NCBI GenBank assembly: GCA_900317035.1
Contig: ONFC01000001.1
Coordinates: forward strand, 462-64,461
DNA from: an uncultured Eubacteriales bacterium
GTDB taxonomy: Bacteria; Bacillota; Clostridia; Saccharofermentanales; Saccharofermentanaceae
Direction of reading: 5' to 3'
DNA length: 64,000 nt
In this document: piece after piece, positions 40,399-49,571 of the stretch
Position numbering within the stretch: position 1 is the stretch's first letter
Layout: each line of letters begins with the position of its first letter
Notes under the pieces: generated by a model
What the model was told of the DNA's origin: nothing
The model's database searches: none
Seen by the model: the letters and a program-made list of their open reading frames with translations, nothing else
Position numbers and translations under genes: made by a program

Positions 40399-40429
40399 AG
40401 ATCCTCCCGAAAAGGAGGGTCTTTTTTTG
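40399..40429 (+). terminator. rho-independent terminator after mscL
   Basis: AGATCCTCC-CGAAAA-GGAGGGTCT followed by TTTTTTT. Confidence 0.7.
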
Positions 40430-40592
40430 TTATTTGATAAAATCGTTGCATTTTAGGATATTTTGTAGCGCTTGTTCAATATGTATGCTGAATGAGTTGA
40501 AAACGTTCAGTTTCCTAGCCTTTTGCCATGTTGATTTATATAGGGGGCAAGACTATAATGCATATTACGCAATAAAATATCAGGAGGAATAT

Positions 40593-40799
40593 ATGGCTAA
40601 AGTATCTTTTCAAGAAGATCTGTGTAAGGGCTGTGGCCTTTGTGTTTATGCTTGCCCCAAGAAGATCCTCGTGCTCGACAAAGAGCGTCTGAACAGTAAA
40701 GGCTATCATCCTGCTTCCTGTACCGATCTTTCCCAGTGCGTCGGCTGCGCTTTCTGCGCGACCCAGTGCCCGGATTCTGTGATCACGGTAGAAAGGTAA
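40593..40799 (+). CDS. 4Fe-4S ferredoxin-type delta subunit of 2-oxoacid:ferredoxin oxidoreductase
   Basis: 68 aa with two CxxCxxCxxxCP motifs (CKGCGLCVYACP, CVGCAFCATQCP). The ATG at 40593 is preceded by AGGAGG. Confidence 0.8.
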   Translation: MAKVSFQEDLCKGCGLCVYACPKKILVLDKERLNSKGYHPASCTDLSQCVGCAFCATQCPDSVITVER

Positions 40800-40808
40800 G
40801 GTGGAGAC

Positions 40809-41879
40809 ATGGCAAAAAGAGTATTGATGAAAGGTAATGAGGTAATCGCAGAAGCGGCGATCCGTGCAGGATGCCGTCACTATTTCGGTTACCCGATCAC
40901 ACCTCAGACTGAGGTCATGCACTACATGGCCCGTGAGATGGTAAAGCACGGCGGTACATTCGTACAGGCTGAGAGTGAAGTTGCTGCGATCAACATGGTA
41001 TATGGTGCTGCGGCAACAGGAGAGAGAGTACTCACATCCTCTTCCTCTCCGGGAATCTCCCTCAAGCAGGAAGGTATCTCCTATATCGCCGGTGCTGAAC
41101 TTCCGGCAGTAGTCGTAAACATCATGCGTGGCGGTCCTGGACTTGGCGGTATTCTTCCGTCCCAGGGTGACTATTTCCAGGCAACAAAGGGCGGCGGACA
41201 CGGTGATTACAGAAACCTCGTTATCGCACCTGCTTCCGTTCAGGAGCTTTATGAGCTGACAGTTAAGTCCTTCGATCTTGCGGATAAGTACAGAATGGTC
41301 TGCATGATCTTAGGTGACGGTACCATCGGTCAGATGATGGAGCCGGTTGCTTTTAAAGAGAAGGAAGAAACTCTGGAAGTAGCTAAGCCGTGGGCAACCA
41401 CAGGTATGCACGGCCGTGAAAAGCACAATACGATCACCTCTATCTATATTGATCCGGATGATCTGGAAGCAAAGAACAGAGAGCTTCAGGACAAGTACCG
41501 CGAGATCGAGGAGAAGGAAGTTATGTTTGAGTCTTCCAACCTCGATGATGCAGAGATCGTTATCGCTGCTTACGGTACATGTAGCCGTATCTGCAAGAAT
41601 GTTATCCGTCAGGCTGCTGAGCTTGGCATCAAGGTCGGCATGGTCCGTCCGATCACTCTGTGGCCTTTCCCGAGCAAGGAGTTTGCACGCGTTGCAGACA
41701 TGCCGAGCGTAAAGGGATTCCTCGATGTGGAGCTTTCTTCCGGTCAGATGATCGAAGATGTACGTCTTGCTGTTAACGGAAAGAAGCCGGTTTATTTCCA
41801 TGGTCGTATGGGTGGTAACCTGCCGACTCAGAAAGAGATCCTGGATGAGATCGTAAAGATTCATAAGGGGGAGATGTAA
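40809..41879 (+). CDS. 2-oxoacid:ferredoxin oxidoreductase alpha subunit (KorA/VorB-like)
   Basis: 356 aa. ...GNEVIAEAAIRAGCR.YFGYPITPQTE... and ...AESEVAAINMVYGAAATG. Confidence 0.9.
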   Translation: MAKRVLMKGNEVIAEAAIRAGCRHYFGYPITPQTEVMHYMAREMVKHGGTFVQAESEVAAINMVYGAAATGERVLTSSSSPGISLKQEGISYIAGAELPAVVVNIMRGGPGLGGILPSQGDYFQATKGGGHGDYRNLVIAPASVQELYELTVKSFDLADKYRMVCMILGDGTIGQMMEPVAFKEKEETLEVAKPWATTGMHGREKHNTITSIYIDPDDLEAKNRELQDKYREIEEKEVMFESSNLDDAEIVIAAYGTCSRICKNVIRQAAELGIKVGMVRPITLWPFPSKEFARVADMPSVKGFLDVELSSGQMIEDVRLAVNGKKPVYFHGRMGGNLPTQKEILDEIVKIHKGEM

Positions 41880-41880
41880 G

Positions 41881-42627
41881 ATGGCAGTTGTATTTCAGAA
41901 AACAAAAGGTCTGACCGATAAGCCGTTCCATTACTGCCCGGGTTGTATGCACGGTATCATTCACCGCCTGATCGCGGAAGTAATGGAAGAGATGGACATC
42001 ATCGATAAGACCATCGGTGTAGCATCTGTAGGATGCACATACAATAACTATGATTATTTTTCCTGTGATATGGTACAGGCAGCTCACGGCCGTGCTCCGG
42101 CAGTAGCTACTGGTATCAAGCGCTGCAAGCCGGAAGAAATGGTCTTCACCTATCAGGGTGACGGTGACCTTGCATCCATCGGTACAGCCGAGATCGTTCA
42201 TGCTGCAGCACGTGGTGAGAAGATCTGCACTTTCTTCGTAAACAACGCTGTTTACGGAATGACATCCGGCCAGATGGCTCCGACAACACTCCTTGGTCAG
42301 GTTACAACGACCTCTCCTCTGGGACGTGATGCCGAGACACGCGGTTATCCGATCAATGTCAGTGAGATGCTTTCCACTCTGACCGGTGCTGTTTATATCG
42401 AGCGTGTTGCACTCTTCGATTACAAGCACATCCAGGAAGCAAAGAAGGCGATCGCTAAGGCATTCCGCGTTCAGCAGGCAGGCCTTGGTTTCGCAATGGT
42501 TGAGTTCCTTTCCACCTGCCCGACAAACTGGGGCAAAGAGCCGATCGAGGCTCTGGAATGGTGCAAAGAGAAGATGGTTCCGCAGTATCCGCTGGGCGTC
42601 TTCAAGGGCAAGGATCTGGAGGTGTAA
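41881..42627 (+). CDS. 2-oxoacid:ferredoxin oxidoreductase beta subunit (TPP-binding)
   Basis: 248 aa. ...CPGC.HG... and GDGD.ASIG, the TPP-binding motif. Confidence 0.9.
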   Translation: MAVVFQKTKGLTDKPFHYCPGCMHGIIHRLIAEVMEEMDIIDKTIGVASVGCTYNNYDYFSCDMVQAAHGRAPAVATGIKRCKPEEMVFTYQGDGDLASIGTAEIVHAAARGEKICTFFVNNAVYGMTSGQMAPTTLLGQVTTTSPLGRDAETRGYPINVSEMLSTLTGAVYIERVALFDYKHIQEAKKAIAKAFRVQQAGLGFAMVEFLSTCPTNWGKEPIEALEWCKEKMVPQYPLGVFKGKDLEV

Positions 42628-42631
42628 TGAT

Positions 42632-43174
42632 ATGATCGATTTTTCTATTATTCTCGCCGGATTCGGTGGTCAGGGCGTTCTTTCCGCAGGAAAGATGGCA
42701 GCAGAGTCTGCTCTGATCGAAGGTAAAGAAGTTTCCTGGTTCCCGTCTTACGGTCCGGAAATGCGTGGCGGTACAGCAAACTGCTCCGTCGTTATTTCCG
42801 ATGAACCGATCGGTTCTCCGGTCATCAACGAGCCGGATGTTCTGATTGCTCTGAACCAGCCTTCTCTGGAGAAGTTCGAAGATACACTTAAGCCGGGCGG
42901 AATCATTATCATTGACTCTTCGCTCGTTAAGGTTGCTCCGAAGCGTACAGATATCCGCTTCATCCCGATCAACTCTTCCGAGATCGCATCTGAACTTGGT
43001 TCCATGGCATATGCGACCATCGTTCTTCTCGGATGTGTATCTGCGGCGACCGGTGCTTTTACCAGAGAGTCTTTCGAAAAAGCACTGTACGACGTACTTC
43101 CGGAGAGAAGACATCACATGATCCCGAACAACTTAAATGCGTTCGATAAGGGTGCTGAGTTCGCTAAACAGTGA
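42632..43174 (+). CDS. 2-oxoacid:ferredoxin oxidoreductase gamma subunit
   Basis: 180 aa starting MIDFSIILAGFGGQGVLSAGK... and then YGPEMRGG. The upstream extension of the track ORF overlaps the beta subunit. Confidence 0.87.
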   Translation: MIDFSIILAGFGGQGVLSAGKMAAESALIEGKEVSWFPSYGPEMRGGTANCSVVISDEPIGSPVINEPDVLIALNQPSLEKFEDTLKPGGIIIIDSSLVKVAPKRTDIRFIPINSSEIASELGSMAYATIVLLGCVSAATGAFTRESFEKALYDVLPERRHHMIPNNLNAFDKGAEFAKQ

Positions 43175-43261
43175 GTTTCCGCTTACTGGCTGAGGAGTTA
43201 ACAAAATTTTAACAAAATGCTTTAATAGTTGATATTAAAGGAAAGAATTGTGACATGTTAT

Positions 43262-43292
43262 AAAAGAGAGCCGAGAAATCGGCTCTCTTTTG
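43262..43292 (+). terminator. rho-independent terminator after the oxidoreductase operon
   Basis: AAAGAGAGCCG-AGAAAT-CGGCTCTCTTT followed by TG. Confidence 0.65.
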
Positions 43293-43384
43293 TTAATTGT
43301 GCTAGAAACTTTCTCAAGGTTGATTTATAATATATGAAATGAAACAATGTGGGTGTTTATGCCCATGGATGTAGGAGAAATTTC

Positions 43385-45400
43385 ATGGATCAGGCGTATC
43401 TTTTCAATACAGGAAAAGACTATAAGAGTTATAACTACCTGGGATCAAGACCATATTTCAAGCCGGACGGTGATAAGGGATATCTTTTCCGTGTATGGGC
43501 ACCAAATGCAAAGGCAGTCAGCGTCGTAGGCGATTTCAATGACTGGAATCCTGAGGCCTACTATATGTATAAGATCGGAGATTCCGGCATCTGGGAAGCA
43601 TATATCAGTGGTGCCAAACAGTGGGACCGATATAAATACCATGTGTACGGAGCGGATGGATCCGAGGTCAATAAAGTCGACCCGTATGCCAGACACTGCG
43701 AGACGAGACCGGCAGACGCATCGATCCTTTATGATCCGAATGACTATGAATGGCATGATGAAGCATTTACAAGCAAGCGTGTTCACGCCTGTTCTCCGCG
43801 TCCGATCTCTATCTATGAAATCCATCTTGGTTCCTGGAAGAGACATGAGGACGGCAACTTCATGAATTACCGCGAGATCGCGAAAGATCTTGCCAAGTAC
43901 TGTAAGAAGATGGGATATACCCATGTCGAACTGATGCCGGTCCTGGAGCATCCGCTGGATGATTCCTGGGGTTATCAGGTCATCTGTTATTATGCGGTAA
44001 CCAGCCGCTTCGGTACGCCTGCGGACTTTAAGTTCTTCGTGGATCATCTTCATAAGAACGGGATCTCGATCATCCTTGACTGGGTGCCGGCACATTTTCC
44101 GAAGAACTCCGAAGGTCTGGTCCATTTTGACGGATCTGCCTGCTATGAATACAAGGATCCCCGTATTGGCGAACATAAAGAGTGGGGCACGTTCGTTTTC
44201 GATTATGCGAAAGCGGAAGTACAGTCATTCCTGATCTCCAATGCCGTGTTCTGGATCGAGGAATTCCATCTCGACGGTATCCGTATGGATGCGGTATCGA
44301 GTATGCTCTACCGTGATTACGGAAGAACCGAATACATCCCGAATATTTATGGCGGAACAGACAATCTGGAAGCTATCGATTTTATCAGAAACCTGAATAC
44401 CATCATGTCGGAGAATTATCCGTATGTCATGATGATCGCGGAAGAGTCCACGGCCTGGCCGAAGGTCTCCCATCCGGTATCGGACGGCGGTCTCGGATTC
44501 ACACATAAGTGGAATATGGGTTGGATGCACGATACGCTTGACTATTTCCAGACAGACTCCTATGCCAGAGAATGGCATCACGACCAGTTCTGTTTCTCCA
44601 TGATGTACGCATTCTCTGAGAACTTTATCCTGAGCCTTTCACATGATGAGGTCGTTCATGGAAAGAAGAGCCTGATCGATAAGATGCCGGGCGATACATG
44701 GAGAAAGTTTGCCAATCTCCGTCTTATGTTTATGTATATGATGGCTCACCCCGGTGCCAAGCTCAATTTCATGGGTTCGGAATTCGGCCAGTTTATCGAG
44801 TGGCGCTTCTATGAGCAGCTCGAATGGTTCATGCTTCAGTATGAATCCCATAAGCTTCTTCAGGATTATGTTGCCGATCTGAACCATTTCTATATCAAGA
44901 ATGCGCAGTTCTGGCAGGACGATCATTCCTGGGGCGGCTTCGAATGGGTCGATGCTTCGGATGTGAAGAATAACGTCTTTGTTTTTAAGCGCAAAGGTGT
45001 GGCAAATCAGGAAGATATTTACGTGGCGCTCAATATGGTGCCGGTACCGCTGGAAAACTACAACATCGGCGTAACCGAGAGCGGACGGTATAAGATCCTC
45101 ATGAATACGGATGACATGAAGTACGGAGGATCCGGATATCCGGATGGCTCTGATAGTAAGGGTACCTTTAAGGCTGTAGAAGAAAGCTGGAACGGCAAGC
45201 CTTGCCATATCTCGGTAAATCTTCCTCCTCTCGGCGGAATCTACTTCCAGAAAGTGAAGACTTCATCGTCTTCTAAGACAGCTTCCACGAAGAGTACGAA
45301 ATCTTCGGCAAAAACATCTACGGCAAAGAGTACTAAAACTACAGAGAAGAAGTCTTCTGCGAAGACAACGAAAACAGTGAAAACAAAGAAGAAACAATAA
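43385..45400 (+). CDS. glgB: 1,4-alpha-glucan branching enzyme with Ser/Thr/Lys-rich C-terminal tail
   Basis: GH13 motifs (DWVPAHF, GIRMDAV, MIAEEST, SHDEV). The ATG at 43385 is preceded by AGGAGA. The last 45 or so aa are the low-complexity tail KTSSSSKTASTKSTKSSAKTSTAKSTKTTEKK... Confidence 0.93.
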   Translation: MDQAYLFNTGKDYKSYNYLGSRPYFKPDGDKGYLFRVWAPNAKAVSVVGDFNDWNPEAYYMYKIGDSGIWEAYISGAKQWDRYKYHVYGADGSEVNKVDPYARHCETRPADASILYDPNDYEWHDEAFTSKRVHACSPRPISIYEIHLGSWKRHEDGNFMNYREIAKDLAKYCKKMGYTHVELMPVLEHPLDDSWGYQVICYYAVTSRFGTPADFKFFVDHLHKNGISIILDWVPAHFPKNSEGLVHFDGSACYEYKDPRIGEHKEWGTFVFDYAKAEVQSFLISNAVFWIEEFHLDGIRMDAVSSMLYRDYGRTEYIPNIYGGTDNLEAIDFIRNLNTIMSENYPYVMMIAEESTAWPKVSHPVSDGGLGFTHKWNMGWMHDTLDYFQTDSYAREWHHDQFCFSMMYAFSENFILSLSHDEVVHGKKSLIDKMPGDTWRKFANLRLMFMYMMAHPGAKLNFMGSEFGQFIEWRFYEQLEWFMLQYESHKLLQDYVADLNHFYIKNAQFWQDDHSWGGFEWVDASDVKNNVFVFKRKGVANQEDIYVALNMVPVPLENYNIGVTESGRYKILMNTDDMKYGGSGYPDGSDSKGTFKAVEESWNGKPCHISVNLPPLGGIYFQKVKTSSSSKTASTKSTKSSAKTSTAKSTKTTEKKSSAKTTKTVKTKKKQ

Positions 45401-45427
45401 GAGATTATATAAACGGAGGTTCTCATT

Positions 45428-46690
45428 ATGGCGAAAGCGCAAGTAGTCGCAATGATTTTGGCGGGTGGACAGGGCTCCAGACTGGGTGTGCTGACAAAGA
45501 GTATTGCCAAGCCGGCAGTTCCTTTCGGAAGCCGTTATCGGATCATCGATTTTCCACTTTCCAATTGCGCAAACTCAGGAATTGAAACAGTTGGTGTTCT
45601 GACACAGTATCAGCCTTTGGCGCTGAATACTTACATCGGAAACGGTCATCCTTGGGATCTTGACAGAAATAACGGTGGTGCATTTATTCTTCCGCCTTTC
45701 CAGAAGACGGGAAAGAGCGACTGGTACAAAGGTACAGCGAACGCGATCTACCAGAACCGCGATTTTATCGATGACTGCGAACCGAAGTATGTACTGATCC
45801 TTTCCGGTGACCATATCTATAAGATGAACTACGCCGAGATGCTCCGTCAGCATATCGAAAATGAAGCAGATGCGACCCTGGCAGTTCTCGAAGTACCGTG
45901 GGAAGAAGCTTCCCGTTTCGGTATCCTCAATACAAAAGAGGACTCCGATGTGATCACTGAATTTGTTGAGAAGCCGGCAAAACCGGAGAGTAATCTCGCT
46001 TCCATGGGTGTGTACATTTTCACCTGGGATGTTCTTAGAAAAGCACTTGTCGAGGATGAAGAGGATCCGAAGTCGAACAATGACTTTGGTAAGAACATCG
46101 TTCCGCTTCTCCTTGAGCAGGGAAAGAAACTCTGTGCTTACCGCTTCTCCGGTTATTGGAAAGATGTTGGAACGATCTCTTCACTCTGGGAGTCCAATAT
46201 GGATATTCTTGACCGTCCGCATGAGATCAACCTGATCGACCGTTCCTGGAGGATCTACAGCAGAAATCCTGTGAAACCTTCCCAGTTCCTCGGTGATAGT
46301 GCTGAGGTAAGAGGATCGGCACTGACAGATGGCTGCCAGATCTTCGGATCTGTCCAGCACTCCGTGCTTTCCAACTCAGTTACGGTAGAGAAGGGCGCGG
46401 TCGTAAAAGACTGTGTGCTTTTCCCGGGTGTAACGGTAAAAGCCGGTGCACATCTTAACCGCTGTATCGTTGCTTCGGGAACGATCATCGGAGAGAACGT
46501 CAAGGCCGGTTCGGACGTCAAGGGTAAGAGTCCGTATCTCAACGAGAAGATCTGCTCTGAAGGTATTGTTGTTATCGAGGGTGGCCTGAAGATCAAGGAC
46601 AACGCCGTGATCCCTGCCAATTGTCAGGTGGATAAGGATGTCCATGTATCGGCGAAAGACAATGTCATCGAAGAAGTCTTTCGTGTATGA
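45428..46690 (+). CDS. glgC: glucose-1-phosphate adenylyltransferase
   Basis: 420 aa. [14 protein letters not shown]...[17 protein letters not shown]. Confidence 0.93.
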   Translation: MAKAQVVAMILAGGQGSRLGVLTKSIAKPAVPFGSRYRIIDFPLSNCANSGIETVGVLTQYQPLALNTYIGNGHPWDLDRNNGGAFILPPFQKTGKSDWYKGTANAIYQNRDFIDDCEPKYVLILSGDHIYKMNYAEMLRQHIENEADATLAVLEVPWEEASRFGILNTKEDSDVITEFVEKPAKPESNLASMGVYIFTWDVLRKALVEDEEDPKSNNDFGKNIVPLLLEQGKKLCAYRFSGYWKDVGTISSLWESNMDILDRPHEINLIDRSWRIYSRNPVKPSQFLGDSAEVRGSALTDGCQIFGSVQHSVLSNSVTVEKGAVVKDCVLFPGVTVKAGAHLNRCIVASGTIIGENVKAGSDVKGKSPYLNEKICSEGIVVIEGGLKIKDNAVIPANCQVDKDVHVSAKDNVIEEVFRV

Positions 46691-46713
46691 CCGGAAGTTG
46701 GGAGGAATAAAGA

Positions 46714-47826
46714 ATGTTTATTGATGCAATGGGTTTAATCCTTGGTGATAATAAGAAAATTACACTTGGCGAGCTTTCAAAGCCTCGCGCTCTTTCCGCG
46801 ATCCCGTTTGGCGGCAGATACCGTATCATTGACTATATGCTGTCGAATATGGTGAATTCCGGTATCAAAAATATCGGTATTCATACATATACGAAGTATA
46901 AGTCACTGATGGACCATCTCGGAACAGGTTCTTCCTGGGATCTCGATAGAAAGAATTCCGGCGGACTTCATATCCTGCCTCCGTATGTTAACTCTGAAGC
47001 CACATCGGTACAGGGAGATGAAGAGATGGCCGGTCTCCTCGATTTCGTACGTTCCAGTAAAGCATCGTACGTGATCATGGCGGCAAGTAATGTCATCCTC
47101 AATACGACATTTACTGATTTTGTTGAAGACTTCAAAGCCTGCGGCGCAGATATTTCCGTAATGTATAACCGTGACGGCACGAAGTTCGGCGGCCCGAACT
47201 ACATTCTCGATGTTGACAGAAGAGGCTGGGTCAAGGATATGCTCTTTAATCCGGAAAAGAGCGGTCTTACCAAGAGCAGTATGGGTATCATCGTTCTCCG
47301 TAGAGAACTTCTTATCGATCTGATCGCCGAGATGATGGCACGTGGAACGAATCATGTAGGTATCCATTCCTTCGTTAAGAAGTACGACACGCTTCGCGTC
47401 CATGCGTATGAATATAAGGGCCTGGTACTTCGTATCAATAGTATCCAGTCTTACTTCAATTCATCGATGATGCTTCTGAATAATCAGATCCGTGCGGAGC
47501 TTTTCTGGAACGGAATGCCGATCTTTACAAAAGTAAAGGACGAGGCTCCGACGCTGTATTCGGATGACTGTAAGGTCACAGACGCAATCGTATCTGACGG
47601 CTGTCGTATCTCCGGTAATGTTACGGAATCTATTCTGTTCCGTGGTGTGGCAGTAAGCAAGAACTGTACGATCAAGAATTGTGTAATTATGCAGGATGTG
47701 CATATTTCAGATAACTGCTATCTGGAGAATGTTATTCTCGATAAAAATTCTGTGGTCCGTCCGGGAATTAAGCTTGTAGGACACAAGGATTACCCGGTCG
47801 TGATCGGTAAAGGAGCGATCGTATGA
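46714..47826 (+). CDS. glgD: glucose-1-phosphate adenylyltransferase regulatory subunit GlgD
   Basis: 370 aa. A paralogue of GlgC without the GGxGxRL motif (...RALSAIPFGGRYRIIDY.LSN), in the position typical of Firmicute glgCD. Confidence 0.85.
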   Translation: MFIDAMGLILGDNKKITLGELSKPRALSAIPFGGRYRIIDYMLSNMVNSGIKNIGIHTYTKYKSLMDHLGTGSSWDLDRKNSGGLHILPPYVNSEATSVQGDEEMAGLLDFVRSSKASYVIMAASNVILNTTFTDFVEDFKACGADISVMYNRDGTKFGGPNYILDVDRRGWVKDMLFNPEKSGLTKSSMGIIVLRRELLIDLIAEMMARGTNHVGIHSFVKKYDTLRVHAYEYKGLVLRINSIQSYFNSSMMLLNNQIRAELFWNGMPIFTKVKDEAPTLYSDDCKVTDAIVSDGCRISGNVTESILFRGVAVSKNCTIKNCVIMQDVHISDNCYLENVILDKNSVVRPGIKLVGHKDYPVVIGKGAIV

Positions 47827-49571
47827 ACAAAGTGAAGGTCCTGTTTGTCTCTTCGGAGGTCTATCCGTTTGCTAAAGTCGGTGGTCTGGCTGATGTTGTC
47901 GGTGCTCTGCCGGTGGAACTTCAGCATCACCACTGCGATGCCAGAGTAATCATGCCTCTTTATAAGAGCATCAAGCAGAAGCATGAGCACAACCTGGATT
48001 TTATCGGATGGAAAATGATCAAGATGGGCTGGAGATCCCTTTATGCGGGTCTTTACACTCTGACAATGAATGGTGTCCAGTTCTACTTTGTTGACAACGA
48101 GTATTATTTCAACTTTGATCAGGTCTATGTAGAGTACGTTTTCGATATCGAGCGTTTCTGCTTCTTCCAAAGAGCAGTGCTTGATTTCCTGGGAGACTTC
48201 ATGGGATTTGAGCCGGACGTACTGCACTGTAATGACTGGCAGGCCGGCATGATGCCGTTGCTTCTTGATGCACATTATAAGAAGTACGGTTATCACACGA
48301 ATATTAAGACGGTTTATACGATTCATAATCTGAAATATCAGGGTATTCACGGCATTGAAGTTATCCAGGATCTTCTCGATCTCCCGAGCGAGTATCTTAC
48401 AGATGAACTGTCGATCAAGGATGGTGCCGTAAACTTCATGAAGGCCGGTATCGTTTACAGTAACTCTGTAACGACTGTATCTCCGACCTATGCGTATGAG
48501 ATAATGACGGATTATTACGGCGAGGGCCTGAATCATACACTTCAGCGCTATGCGTATAAAGTATCCGGTATCCTCAATGGAATCAATGCGGAAGAGTATA
48601 ATCCTTCGAAAGACCCGATGATCCCTCAGAAATATTCGATCAAGAATTATGCAGAGGGAAAGGCCGTAAACAAGAAGTCTGTTCAGGAACAGCTGGGACT
48701 GGAAGTTAATCCGGGCGCTCCGCTTTGTACTATGATCTCTCGTCTTGTTGATCAGAAGGGCCTCGATCTTCTTCTTCGTGTCGTAGAGGAGATGCTTTAT
48801 GATGGCATGCAGATCGTTATTCTCGGAACCGGCGATGCATATTATGAGCGCTCTCTTGCAGATATCGCCGCGAGAAATCCGGGTAAGATGTGTGCATGTA
48901 TCTCCTTTGATAACGGACTGGCACATACGCTTTATGCCGGATCGGATATTTTCCTGATGCCGTCTCTGTTTGAGCCATGTGGCCTGTCTCAGCTGATCGC
49001 CATGACATATGGTACGATCCCGATTGTCCGTGAAACCGGCGGTCTTCGTGATACCGTTGTTCCGTATAACGAGTTTACAGGCGAAGGAAACGGATTCTCT
49101 TTTGCCAATATCAATGCGCATGAGTTCCTGTTCGTTACGAAGTATGCCTGTGACCTGTATCGTCACAATAAGCCCGTATGGAACAAACTTATCGAAGAAG
49201 GCATGAAAGCGGATTACTCCTGGAAGAAGTCTGCGGAAGAGTATGCCGGTCTGTATTCCTTCATTACGGGAATTTCTATTGCCGATGAAGAGGAACCTGA
49301 AAAGAAGCCTCTTACGGAAGAGATCCTCGATATCGGAAAAGAGAAAAAGGAAGAAGTACCGAAAAAGACGAAGAAAACTGTAGCGAAGAAGCCTGTAGCG
49401 AAAAAGACGGTAACAAAGGAACAGGTTTCCTCCGAGAAGAAGCCGTCTGCCGCCAAGACAGCTTCCAAGACTTCGAAACCGGCAGCGACTCCTGCGAAAA
49501 AAACATCGAAAGCTTCTTCGGATAAACCGGCATCAAAAGCAACCGGTACGAAGGAGAATAAGAAGTCATGA
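47823..49571 (+). CDS. glgA: glycogen synthase with about 100-aa Lys/Pro/Ser/Thr-rich C-terminal extension
   Basis: KVLFVSSEVYPFAKVGGLADVVGALP at the N-terminus. The catalytic core ends around aa 475. It is followed by EEEPEKKPL...KKTKKTVAKKPVAKKTVTKEQ...KPAATPAKKTSKASSDKPASKATGTKENKKS. Confidence 0.93.
   Translation: MNKVKVLFVSSEVYPFAKVGGLADVVGALPVELQHHHCDARVIMPLYKSIKQKHEHNLDFIGWKMIKMGWRSLYAGLYTLTMNGVQFYFVDNEYYFNFDQVYVEYVFDIERFCFFQRAVLDFLGDFMGFEPDVLHCNDWQAGMMPLLLDAHYKKYGYHTNIKTVYTIHNLKYQGIHGIEVIQDLLDLPSEYLTDELSIKDGAVNFMKAGIVYSNSVTTVSPTYAYEIMTDYYGEGLNHTLQRYAYKVSGILNGINAEEYNPSKDPMIPQKYSIKNYAEGKAVNKKSVQEQLGLEVNPGAPLCTMISRLVDQKGLDLLLRVVEEMLYDGMQIVILGTGDAYYERSLADIAARNPGKMCACISFDNGLAHTLYAGSDIFLMPSLFEPCGLSQLIAMTYGTIPIVRETGGLRDTVVPYNEFTGEGNGFSFANINAHEFLFVTKYACDLYRHNKPVWNKLIEEGMKADYSWKKSAEEYAGLYSFITGISIADEEEPEKKPLTEEILDIGKEKKEEVPKKTKKTVAKKPVAKKTVTKEQVSSEKKPSAAKTASKTSKPAATPAKKTSKASSDKPASKATGTKENKKS

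Noticed and set aside
47790-49166. Long antisense ORFs: 47790..49166 (-), 22137..23189 (-), 19181..20248 (-), 23877..24905 (-), 25912..26892 (-), 20703..21839 (+), 35138..35884 (-), 40536..41201 (-), 43445..44176 (-).
   Set aside because: Each lies entirely opposite a gene with strong family signatures (glgA, galM, the serine hydrolase/ybaK, azlCD/thioesterase, the P-type ATPase, the ABC exporter, and others). Their products are Arg/His/Ile-rich with no motifs, so they are shadow ORFs.
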